A stretch of 64,000 bases of DNA from Ylistrum balloti (Eukaryota). Under the pieces are notes generated by a model that was given only the letters and a program-made list of their open reading frames with translations, searched no databases and was not told the origin of the DNA. The stretch lies in assembly GCF_031769215.1 (NCBI RefSeq), contig NW_026782198.1, forward strand, positions 186,001-250,000, in the 5' to 3' direction. Shown in pieces: positions 51,873 through 64,000 of the stretch. Made by a program: the position numbers and the translations under genes. Position 1 is the stretch's first letter. Each line of letters opens with the position of its first letter.

Positions 51873-52826
51873 ACATTTTGTTTTAAGAACCAGCTATGTG
51901 GACGATTAACATTTTATACCGTACAATATCTATATTATACTTAGAATTATCAAAATTTTCTCTTATGTTAGAGCTTACATTTGATAATGATCATTCATAT
52001 TAAAATTTGCATAATACAAATATCTGGTTTTAAAATACGTAGACGGTGTGTTTCAACTAAAACAAGAAATGCTACATGTGAATTTTAAGGAGTTTGCCCT
52101 CAATGAGCCGTTTCTATCGAAAATTCCCCAAGATATATTCAAAATCAAATGATAAAAGAGAAAAATGGGTCCATTTATACAATTAAACTTGCGTAATCAA
52201 ATCAGCTGTCATTTTATCGATTATTATTAGCTAGAGATGTAAAGGCCAGACCTTTCTGACGCCCGAGATGCATATCACTTTATATTACAAATGAAAAAAA
52301 AAGACAAGAGATGGTCTACTAGCAATAAATGAACAGTTTTGGAACACGTGTCTCGTATTGACTAATTCGTTTGGGGTGTTAATTTTGGAAATTGTCTGTG
52401 ATTCCAATTGTCTAACCTTGATCTCTGCGCCTTTAGACAAGTAAGTCTCCTTGGATCAGAACAGGTGTGGATTTGTTTCTACCGCGACTGCCGCAATCTT
52501 CTTAAAATAAAAAAGAATCAGCATCATTCTATAATTAGATCTAATGCTGATCCTGAATTTTACTGACACAATCCAACAGATTCAAGCTCTCCACAACCCT
52601 TCAACGGTTCCATTGACATACAGTCACATCATATTTATATAGAAAGATGCCCCAATGCTACTACAGAAATTAGGCCCTCACATGTCCTTTATTGTTCTCA
52701 TTATGTTGAAATTAAAAACAATTATCGACCAGCAAACTGTAGAATACACAATGACATATGAGGGAGGTAGACATGTAAAATTAGAATATTTGGTTTGTCT
52801 CAGCTCATTCATATTGTGTAGTTACT

Positions 52827-52950
52827 GCAACATACAGCTGTTTCATCCATCTTGGTTCCGTCAGGGATGTTAGGGGCCTAAATTGTTGAAATCTAGAAGG
52901 TGAATGAGAAACGTCAAAGCAAAAGAGTATATTTTCATCTTTATTATCCC
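52827..52950 (-). mobile_element. Copy E of the hammerhead-bearing element (core 52827-52871)
   Basis: Minus strand reads ACATCC-CTGACGG-AACC-AAGAT-GGAT-GAAA-C-AGCT-G-TA-TGTTGC, preceded by TTTCAACAATTTAGGCCCCTA as in copies A and B. Confidence 0.75.
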
Positions 52951-54126
52951 AGTTTGTTTACAGCAAATGGATGGAAATAACGTGATAACAGGAAATTTTG
53001 TTTGATATTTTACTTGTATTGATCTATAAACGCTAATAGACGGTTATTTCGAGGGTATGAAATTGTCACTATTTCGCGGTACATTAAAGCAATCGCAAAA
53101 AATCATCCGTGAAATAATGAGACAAAAGTGTATTAAATGTTCTTTTACATCCAGATCGCAATTTTTTAAATCGTTTGAATGTTATCCGGTCGTTTTAAGA
53201 AAGTAAATCGCGAGAATTTTGACGTATGAAATTACCATCTGAAGTAAACTGTATCATACATCTGAATCGCCCGTCAAGGACTCTTCAGTAATGATAATAA
53301 CCTTAAATGTTATGACGCGTGCACTAATGCCATATTGATTAAAGTTCGTAATTTTCCCGAAAGGAAGGAGTCGTATATATTGAAACCTGACTCGACTGGC
53401 ACCTAATTTCGAATGGTGGCTATTTCAGAATATACACGTGTACTTCATGTTCGGATGTATGAAAATAACAACCTGCTTTTATGGACATATTTTTATTTCT
53501 GTCTTTTCAAGGCCAGATCGCATGTTTGTATCCTGTACTTCTTATATTATGTAACATTTCTGACATGTCGGAATAATACAAGATTTTTCCGATATCCAAA
53601 TGTTTGATTCCCCTAGTCAGCGACAGGACCATTTCATTGATATTTTGAAAATGATTTATCTACAATTTAATCCATTTAATGCAGATGTTATTAACATTAA
53701 AAATTGACACCATTCACATTTTTTCATTATAAGACATGAGCAATAAAGAAAGTACCGACATTTTAACAGAATCCGCAAACACAAATTCGATGAAACTACA
53801 GCAAAATAAGTAATGTCGCGTTCCCAAATGAGAACAAGTTAAACACTAACGAAACCAACAGGCAAACTAGCGAGCGTCAAACATACACAAAGACGACCAG
53901 TTCGTAGATCACAAATTTTTCTTTCATTGTACCTTAATCAAACGATCATTAATGAATATTTCTCCAACTTCCTGGTATTTCATTAGTAAAAATATGAAAA
54001 GAAAGCATTCCCAAATCCTGAATACCGCGTTTTCATTTCTTCAAGTAATGCCGCGGTTCAGAAGATACACGTGTACTTGACATTTTACTGAAATTATCTG
54101 ATATATGAAAATCAAGAAATTTATTC

Positions 54127-54325
54127 AATTATTGGGCTAGTGGCAGCTCTCGATCAAGATTTTGACTTTTCTTTCGGTCATTTTGATTCTATTCTTCACA
54201 GTTTAAGCCTTAAGCATGATTGAGTCATTGTAGGACGAAACTCCAGTACGATGCCGTTTAATTCATTGTTTGTCTCTACTATATATCTAACTCTAAATTT
54301 GTATTAAAGGTGCTATTCACTTGAT
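54127..54325 (+). mobile_element. Copy C of the hammerhead-bearing element (core 54214-54254)
   Basis: GCAT..GATTGA-GTCA-TTGTA-GGAC-GAAA-C-TCCA-G-TA-CGATGC. Downstream TTGTATTAAAGGTGCTATTCACTTG matches copy A. Confidence 0.75.
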
Positions 54326-57054
54326 GTAAGAAAAAGTACCAACTTGAATATATATCATATGAATGTTTTCCATAAAATTGCAACTAAGTGACAATAAGTT
54401 TTACTAAACGTACTGAAGATTCTTGGTTCAAAAAATCAAATTTATATCAAATACTTGAACTTCAAAGGAATTATTTTAAACAACGTGGTCAATAAACAGT
54501 TAACCAAACGCAATGCTATCTGAAGAACATTTCTGTGTATGCCATAATAATATAACCATGTGACAAAATTTTGGTAATTGGAGAAATTTTTAATTTGAAC
54601 AGACCATTTTGTGAATATGTCTTGCAAAAGCAGATATATAATTTCTATGTTTTCAAGAGGAAGAATTCTGTGTGAAAAAAGGGAAACGAAACAATTCAAG
54701 AGAACAAAACAAAACAAAGACCTGAAAAATCTTCAAGTTCTACCAAATGTTAAAGAGAAAATGTAGAAGAAATTTAAGTAATCTGAAAATGAAAAGAAAC
54801 GAAAAACAATCATCAACATTCCTTCAAACAGTCTTGATTGTTTTTCTTTCAACCAGAGCTTTTATGTCTCATACTGAATACATATCATTCTAGAAATTAT
54901 CACTATAAAATTTTATCATTGAAAATATGGCATCTTGCCATTTAAGTGTTGGGCCTTTCTGTAGAATTCGAACAATAGCGTATTCATAAATATTTTTTTC
55001 TACATGGCAACAGTAACTATGATTTTTAAAAAATTTCCCAAACAATTTTACCGTTGTTGGAAATCTATAGTTGAATCACATTTCAATATTTCATAGTATG
55101 CGATTTTACGAGTGCCCTGGTTTATCGGTATGAAATAAAACTTTCGTTGCAAACTTTTGCCTAAAGCTGACCTATTGCAGTTTAATTTATCGCCGTGATA
55201 GTATTGATAAAACATTAGAAACCGACTATAATGAACATATAATATAGATATTATAGTTTTTGCGTCTCTCCCCTGGGCGGACATTGCCGAACGATAGTAC
55301 AGCTTGACTCAAATAATGGACATTAAAACAGCGATGATAAAGAACCAAAATGTCCCATTCTTTGGCATATCTCGCTGAACGCCTTCACTGAACGTACGCC
55401 TAGTCAATTTCCTTGAAAACCTGTCCATTATACGCGAAGCGGTTTCAATTATAATTCTCTAAAACGCCAGATATCTTTAAATTCATCAGATACTTTGTGC
55501 ATCTTTAGCAAGAGTGAGTTACGATGCTGAACACATATTACGTTAGTGAAATTTGAAAATAGTGAGGGACGTCACTCGAGTCAAGATAGGGACCATAAGG
55601 CTTTAGATTTCGTCTGTGGAGATTCTGTCTCGGGCGGCCATGGTTAGGTGAATATGTCAGACATGAGAGAAGGCAGTTTTACAATCTGTAAATTTATGTC
55701 AAATTGAAAATTTAGGTCGAAAAATATACATCAGGTAACTGTCGTTTAAATTTGTTGCATATGCATTTTTTTTTTTTTTTTTACGTTCTTACTTTTATAT
55801 TAAAATGACGATATAGTTTAATCTATCAACTATGTAAGTGCTTTTTGTCATTAAATGCTAAAGCCCACAACCATAACAACGAAGCAGACATCTTTGTCAC
55901 GTTAGAACGTTCTCCATATACCGTCATGCCAAATACCGGGACAGCAACGGACAAGACACGATTGCAGGAGAAGATAATTTTTCCTGAAAGACAGCTCATT
56001 ATTATGTTAACGTATGCATGAGGTAGCTTTATATCTACATCACAAACAATCAATCGATTCATTTTGATTTCTTGCTAAATCTTTTATGTTTAACGGCACG
56101 TGTTAATTGACAAATGCATATGATAAGCTCTTATACACATCGCGTTGGTCTGTTGATGATTTTCACTATTACACTTAAAGGGAAACACACATCACATATC
56201 ATTACATGTTACAATCAAAAAAATGAAAAAGGTATATCGTATCTATCCTTTTTTCCTGCTGGCTCTATAAAAGAATGTTTTTCTCTTTCTGAAAATTCAA
56301 AACCTGGCATGTAACGGAAACATATAATTCGATAGTTGATATTTTACAATTGGAACGTGTTTCAGTATCTTGTTTATTCTGTTGATGAAGCCTTTATATT
56401 CATCAGGCTTTGATACTGTAAAGAATTTTTTTATTTGAATGATTGATATTTTCGCGGATTAGGTAAAAGTTTGAAACGGAATAAAGTCCTCGTGAGTATA
56501 GCAACCTTGAGTACATGACCTTTTTTACTGACCAACATTTATCTTTGTTTCAGGAAAGGGAATGCTTCGAGTATTCAAACGTATATTATACTATTAACAC
56601 AAGAAATGGAATCAAAGCATGTGTATAGATTAAAAAGGGAGAAATAAAAAAAATTAAAAAAACATACGCAATGCTGCCAGTTTCCATTATAGAACACATC
56701 ATTGGTGCATCCTTTCTCTGACGTTATCAAATGATATTTGCATATTCTCCGACGTATGTTTTATGCCTCCGAATCAAATTCTTTTCACAGATTTTAGAAA
56801 ATATTACGGTATATTCCTATTTAATCGAAAACAAGTGATTTGAGACAGCAAATCATTGCAAGCTAACTGAATTTTAACAGAATATGCCCTTAGAATTAAA
56901 TATGAACTGTATGAATTTGGTGTATTTTAAAGTAAGGGTGGATTCTGAATTTTGCCAACTCTGGAACGGAAAGAAATGTTTAAGTTTTACCTTCATATTT
57001 ATGTCATTATTAAGTATGCTGAATATGTGAAAAGTGTCTTATCAATATTCTTGA

Positions 57055-57280
57055 TATGTCTTCTGTGGTCTTCATTGTGATCTCATTGGGAAATATTTTA
57101 TTGCCTTGTCGTGAAGTCGTAATTAATGCTCGTTAGAATGCCCACTGGTTCAGTTACTTATCACTTTGTTATCATGTAATAGTATGACACTATTTACTAG
57201 GATTGATCAAGAGTTACATGGCGGGCGACGTCGATGAAGCAGAAAACGCTTTCCATTCCGGAATATCTGGTTTTAATCTC
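57055..57280 (+). repeat. 5'-truncated copy of the Penelope-like element 3' end
   Basis: FCGLHCDLIGKY ORF end, then ATGCTCGTTAG...GGATTGATCAAGAGTTACATGGCGGGCGACGTCGATGAAGCAGAAAACGC...TTCCGGAATATCTGGT. Confidence 0.75.
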
Positions 57281-58409
57281 TTTATCAGGATTATCCATTC
57301 ATGTTTCTAGTTTCACCGAAATGGAGGTTAAATTAAGATTTTGTTGAAATGTCCATTTTTATTTCCTGTTGTTGGTGTATATACGACAAGAAATACAAAA
57401 TAACTATCTGGTATGAATATCTTTTCCGTACAGTTAAATTACTTTTTATCGATAGGTAATTTTCTTCACAGGTGTTTACAACTTTTTCTTAAAGCCAGGC
57501 ATGATCATAAATTGATATTCAATAACTTCTGTTTATAACAACCAGAATGAATTCGTAATTTTGTCACTTCACTTTCATAGAAGTGTCATATAAATCAATA
57601 TCTTATCATAATATGATATGATTTATAGTAATGTAGTTTATTATTTATTGTTTTAATTCAACTACTTGTTTTATAAATGTTGACGTATTAATCACATAGT
57701 TTGGTGATATAATACAACATCAGTCTGACTCCTATTAATCTCCTTCCTAGAGAATATTGAATTATTTCCTTTTTAATACCAAACACATTTCATGTGTGTG
57801 GCAGAATACTAATCTTTGTCTCAATTGCAAAACTAGAGAGACTGGTATCAGTTTATTTTGATATCTACGTAAAAGTAATTGGCATTAAAGTTAAAACAAT
57901 GAAATTTTCTATTTAATGTACTTTACCTACTCTCACGTAAATGTACAAAAAAAGTGAGGTGGAGGCAGTGTGTGTTATTTCGGGAGGAAGTTTATTCGCA
58001 TGATACCATGAAATGCTGCATTTATTTATTTACAAATACGTTCTGTCATTTATTTTGTTTATAGCAGATACGGTCACTTATTGCAACGTCACTTTTTATG
58101 ACGCTGTTTCCGAGTATCAATATTGGTAGCACCCTATCTACAAGGTCAATGATAAAAAAATATTTTTTTACATGTGAAGATGTTGCATGGCTTCTTATCT
58201 AAATTCCTTTGACTATGAAGATATTTTATTAGTTTTATTTTATCCCATTGCCAATATCTAACATTCCCAGACAACAATTTGTTAAAATAACTCATTTTGT
58301 TAATTATCTCAATGACATTACATGTATCCCTTAATGATAACAGGACGACAATACTGCTACTAATGATAATCCTGATAATATAGGATTTTGCAAGCTAAAA
58401 AAATATTCA

Positions 58410-58723
58410 CTTTATTTATTTTACTGTGGAACAATACCAATCCTCTTGTTGACATGGATACATGCGAGTGGTCTACTTGAGGGACGAAACAGGAATACCC
58501 GAAGAAAAACCACATATTTTGTTTGGTAGATTAAAAGTTTTCTCTCCCCATGGCTCGTCCCTATTTCTAGGCGTTGTCTCACCGATGAACGTCCGTGTTC
58601 GACGTGCCCCACATAGTCGAGCAGGTGACCCCCATACCTTTTCAAGTCTGGTCGAAGAATCGAACCGCGGGCGCCTACATGAAAGGCCTTGGCATTTCCA
58701 TTGCACCTTTCAACCATCCTGGT
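58410..58723 (-). mobile_element. tRNA-derived SINE with V-domain-like core
   Basis: Minus strand: tRNA-like head with B-box GGTTCGATTC (58666-58657), V-domain-like GTGGTTTTTCTTCGGGTATTCCTGTTTCGTCCC (58512-58481) and short A-rich tail. Confidence 0.7.
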
Positions 58724-61700
58724 ATAGAGGGTACTCACGAATGCTAATGATTATGAAATATCATCTCAAATTTCATACAGTTCATCAATTTGTGGACATA
58801 AATTCTGTAATCAAGACCACCTAAAAATCAACGAATATTAAATTAAAGAAAAGATTATAGCTGAACTGTTTATGTTATTCAATTGAACGCAAAATTATAA
58901 GATGGAATATACAAAGGTAACAGTTCATTTTAATGCACGAAGTATCCCGCATCATATTCATATTTCTGTATATGTACTATTGACCTTAACAGGTAAATCT
59001 ATAAAAGTACTGACACTGGCTTATACTGCATTAATTATAGGACTGAATGGTGTCGTCTGCTTCGGTTGTCAATCGATCAGTTTTAAACTACCCGAAGTCA
59101 TGAATATTTGATAATAATTCACGGTCTCTGAACTGAAAATGAATTTCAAACTGTTTAAATGTCCTTCGGTAACAATAAATGCCAACATACGGAGACATTT
59201 GATAATTTAATCTCTACATATTTGACAGGTAAGGTGACTGACACATTGTTGGGATTGATAGGTGTCAGATCTCATGAAAGTGATGTCTACTGCGATCACT
59301 GGACTATTTCTCTCATTATATTGATTTAACAACTGCATTGAAAATTAACCATTATCAAGGATAATATCCATCAATTCAAAAACACTTTAAACTCACAAAA
59401 TTATGAAATAAAAACAATATATAGATAAATCACCAAGTCACCAAAAGTTTGATTCTATGTCTCTATATAAATTATTGTATTTAGCATCATTTATCTGCCG
59501 AAATGAAATAAATCAATTAGATAGAAAAAGTATCAGGTTTTCATTAAAAACTTTAAATTTATATCTCATATGAAATGGAAACTCTTTTTATATGCTATAC
59601 ACGGAGATATAACGAACATCAGTGATAACCAGATCATAAAACTCCATGAGAGGAATGTATTGGAAAGTATTGTACAAACTACTAACAAAAAATCCAATTT
59701 TAAACAAGAATTAATTTATACAAATCTGTATTATAAATATTTTTCTCTACCCCTTTTCTCATAGCTATTGCCATACATCTATAACGCTTGATGTAGCATT
59801 TCTGTTCGCCGTTACTTTGTCCTCGAAATTCCTAATGTCTGGATCTTTTGTGGATCTGTTTTGTTGTTTTTTATCATCGTTGTTGTGTTTATGTTTACAT
59901 TACTGATTTACTGATTTATACTTTCACCATTAAAAAGTTTTGCTTTTTACTAAACAAGTTTTTTAAAGATGTATTTCCTGTTCTGTTGACGTACTATAAA
60001 TCAATTATCACAGAGAAGTAAGAAGTTCCATTCCACACTATAAAAGTTTTATATTATTGTTTTCATTTCTAGCCTGCATTTGACAAATCATATGTTCGTT
60101 ATTACATCTACCATATGTTGAATTTGTAATTTTAAATTTGGATCTTAAAAAAAACTTGAAACACCATCAACATGAAAAACAATATTTGGTCTAAACTTTG
60201 ATGAGCTCTAATATCTAGTATGGGAATAAGTTATGTGAACTAAACTTTCACAGAGTCATAATATTACAGTTTGTGCAACGTGTACTGTCACCATGGAGAT
60301 GTCAAATTAAAATCTTCCCATGTGACGAAGGAGGTGTGAGTTTCCTACGACGAAAAAAAAAAGTATTGAACATTTATGAGGATGAAAATATTAGAACTGA
60401 AGGACAATGACTTATCAAATTACGATGGTTTTCATAACTGGATTAATATTTCGCGACACTTGTTATCGTTATGTATCCAGGTATAATTATCAGTGATTTC
60501 TACAGAATTGCAGATAAATAAAAAATATTTTTTGCAATATGATTGTGTCAGTTGCTAAGGCAAAACGAAAGCAAATCACAACAATCGATATATTTTAAAT
60601 GATTGAGTGTTAATGTATATGACATGATCATTGATTAGAACTGTTGTGCTTCTTTATAGATATGCAGTCTTCCATTCAGAAGTAATTTAATAACTGAAAT
60701 ACCGATTTTTTTCTATTTTTTATTTTCTTTTTCAACTCTCATGAAGTAATGCAATGAATGAACATGAAAAAAGACTTATTATGTTAGAGAAAATATGATG
60801 TTGTAATATACATAATTTGTGTAATTATCAATTAACCCATATAGATGGATGGATGGATGGACGAAAAAATAGTGTTAAAATGTTAACTTTGTCATAATGA
60901 AAACAACACAAAGTAAAAGTTAGGAAACATTTCTACTCCTGTTTTTGCGCGTATGAAAAACAGCTTTGGTTGCTAAGAGTAAAGTTTATTGTTTCTCTCT
61001 TCTTTCCTTTTTTAATGGTGTTTGTCATTTCTGATAGATCGTAATATCCAATGAATCAATCGGTCTACTATAAATAACAAGATTTACGTCTGTATATTAT
61101 TTGCATGAATCTATCCATAATGTTTCCAATTCCATTCATCATACCTATTGCCAATTATACCTAGCCTGAAACTGACACAGTGTATACTAATATATGAATG
61201 TTAATGACAGGACCTATTGATACAACAAAATGTAATATAGTTTTCATTGAATTTAATATCAGGATTGGGACATCTCTTTTTCAGAAGTTTTCGAACATTG
61301 GGACATATTTCATAATAAACTGAATCTGATGGATCTTAATATGTGGTGTAGAAGTTTATTTTTCATTTCTTTGTCCATTTATGACACATTGTCACGTCTT
61401 ATAAAGAAGTTGGCTAGTATTAAGATAATTGATTTATGGCATTAAGATCACAGTACATAGCAGAATCCTTTATCAGACATTCATGTTCAAAAGGAATTTA
61501 TTAATACGTAATTCTTTGATTCTAGACTCCTCAATAAACTACTGTGACGTATATGCGTGCATGTAGCATACACAGGCATTTTTAATAACGAAAGGCAATT
61601 GAAGCTGACACCATTTATTCTCAGTTGTATATTTCATTTCCCTAGAAATTCACAACATCGCCAATTTATGACTTCTCCACAATACCAGCAATGCCGATTG

Positions 61701-64000
61701 ACACAGGAGGAAATTCTTATGCAAAGCTGTCAAAGTCAATTAGAGAAACGTGACAATTTATTGCCCAGCCCCCAGTTTCAAGGAACGTGCGTTCCGTGGA
61801 CGAAGGAGACGTCCGAATCCACTTTATTTCTATTTCTCACGGAAAAAGCAGTCATTAGAAAAAAACCTACATAAATCGACAAATAATAATGCAGTAAATG
61901 TACACAGAAAAACAGAGACGAAAGCACAGCACAGGCTGTGATAAAATGGAATTTATCTCTCTTCACAATGTTCATTTACCATGGTCACATCCGGAAAACT
62001 TTCACCGAACCCCCTTTTCGTTCCTTAATTGGGTTGTATCGATTTCCGTCTCGTCCCGGGGATTTGGGCCGTTCGGGGAGGCATCATTATATTGACATGC
62101 GGTGTAAAGGGAGACCTAAACCCAGTGCAACCAGATAGATAGAGACATGCTATCCTAACGCCAGTGCTAAATTATAGAACGTACAGCAGTAATATTAGAT
62201 GGTCCCTTTGAGGCGTCGAGGCGTTTTAAGAAGACTGGATCCCGCATGTGCGGCACGTGGCTGTGTCCCCGACCGCGAGTCAATCTAAACTCCTGATGCA
62301 AGCGGATAACCAAGGTCCCTAAATGTCTCGCTTTTTTCTTTGGTCTGATTTCGCATGGTACCATGGGGGAAAGATATGATAGCTTTAGAGCAGTTTTTGA
62401 AATAATTACTATTCATTTGGGTTTTTCTTTTCGCATAATGTATCAAAACGGTACGATAAACAAACGGAGGAATGCTATAAAGGCCTTCGTTTAACAGATT
62501 AAAACCAGAAGCACATTAAAATCCTCGTCAGAATGTTTGCCGTGTATTGATGCAGATTTTCACAAGGTGAGTAAATCAACATACCGTTTCAGCGATGCAG
62601 GCTTAATTATTACGTAGAAATTAACACTTTTAATTTGTGACCTGCTAAAGAGTAATTATAGATGTCTTCAGTAAAATGGAGGCTGTAAAATAGCTCGTTT
62701 ATTGCTAAAAATCACTAAACTCACGAACGGTTGGATAAAAATTGCTATCGCTATTTTCGCATGTTTTCTATAATCAAAGTGATTTTTTGTTCAATCAGTA
62801 TCATTCAAACTCGTTGGGAAAAATTTGGTTTAGACCTCTGAGATAAGAAAATGTTTTTGATGTTGCATGTACCATGCTTGGCCTCCTATGCAGGGTCTCC
62901 ATAGAATTTGTTAATTATTCTCCCATTAAGAACAGGTAGATTGCACGAAATGGTTCCATTCCCCTTTGGGCCTCACTTTGGGTAAAAAAAAGCACTGAAC
63001 GACCCCGTTAAGTCAATTCTACTAGTATACATGCGGATTCAAGTGGTACAGATGATGCTTAATCGGATAATATTGTCCATTAAGACTTTTTATGGCATGC
63101 TGTGATTTCCTTATGTGCTCATTTCAGTCGTTTTATACATTCGTCTTCCGATATACTCTTATTTCTTGTGACAAATTATTACTCATTAATGGCGTGTACA
63201 TTTAGAAATACTTATATACGTACAGGATATGGATGTATAAGGACGGTGCTTCTAGTGTGTACAGTAAAAAACACATTTTACCTGTAAGATTTCTACATAC
63301 ATTAATCCTAAACGTGCTCGAAGACTTCATGTTCGGGGTAAAACAATGGCAATATATTTGCATTCAATAATCATTTCTATTTTTTGTTCAGTTATTCATA
63401 ATTGTATTTTATTAAATTAACTTTAGTATTATCATGCATGGCATATATTTATAAAATTATGTTCTGAATTATAAGAAAGTTCACATCAATCAATTTCCTT
63501 TATTTTTCTGTTTACACATACAACTTGTCAACTGCATCTATACATGTTCCTCTTATTGCATTGAGTCGTCACGTATTTCTAAATGTCCTTGTATGATTGT
63601 ATAAAAAGGTAAGTTATTATTTCATATTCAAAATCTTCTCCATTTCGGTTAATAGTAAAATAAATAATATAGAATATAAAAAGTATTTTATTTGATATTT
63701 TGCCTTTAAAAAATAACAAAATATTTATCTATTTATTTTAATTTTACAATGTTGTCATTTGCGCAAAATCATTTCTGATTTACTAATATTTCCCCACGTA
63801 TTAACATGTAATTATTCATATTACATTTATTTTATAAAGTGAATATTAGTTACCTAATCATATTTACTTAAATAGACTTGCGTATTATTATATTTGTTTG
63901 TTGATTCATTTATTGAACAATAGAAATATGATATATTGTTTCAGCATTTAACTGTAATTTGAAATGTCTTTGTTTTAGACTGGACAGAAACGTTAACTTC

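Noticed and set aside
51411-51944. 177-aa ORF of TTDLKVKLRIII repeats; 36-bp period resembles a CRISPR repeat
   Set aside because: Head-to-tail identical units with no spacers and no cas genes, in a eukaryotic context. The ORF is a by-product of a stop-free 36-bp unit.
56380-56394. 15-nt match to the 3' part of miR-76 (TGTTGATGAAGCCTT)
   Set aside because: The seed region mismatches and there is no pre-miRNA-like hairpin.
58421-58824. Three overlapping ORFs
   Set aside because: They coincide with the GC-richer tRNA-SINE.

Overview
AT-rich eukaryotic (animal) genomic DNA. The repeat families (Cg170/HINE-like Helentron remnant, V-domain tRNA-SINE, Penelope-like RT) point to a mollusc, probably a bivalve (inference). 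The only host gene is the 5' half of a COE/EBF (collier/Olf-1/EBF/unc-3) transcription factor on the minus strand. Coding exons 1-6 lie at 30047-19649 with GT-AG junctions, continuous reading frame and the exon boundaries I recall for vertebrate EBF; they encode the DNA-binding domain with its HCCC zinc knuckle. Exon 7 is not in the window, so intron 6 is >19.6 kb, and the 34 kb upstream of the ATG contains no recognisable host gene. The upstream region holds a nest of decayed TEs at 41.5-45.5 kb (CR1/L2-type RT, Penelope-like RT, HINE, mariner), SINEs and two minisatellites. Most interesting observations: (1) five decayed copies of a short ORF-less element whose alignment reconstructs a complete minimal type I hammerhead ribozyme with a palindromic stem III; (2) an excess of COE/EBF binding palindromes around the COE gene itself, including one 354 bp upstream of the ATG; (3) a six-fold AGTTACC/X-box-like cluster and a helically phased triple forkhead site in COE introns. 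All alignments and counts were done by eye. No prokaryotic-type system, rRNA, intact tRNA or CRISPR array was found.
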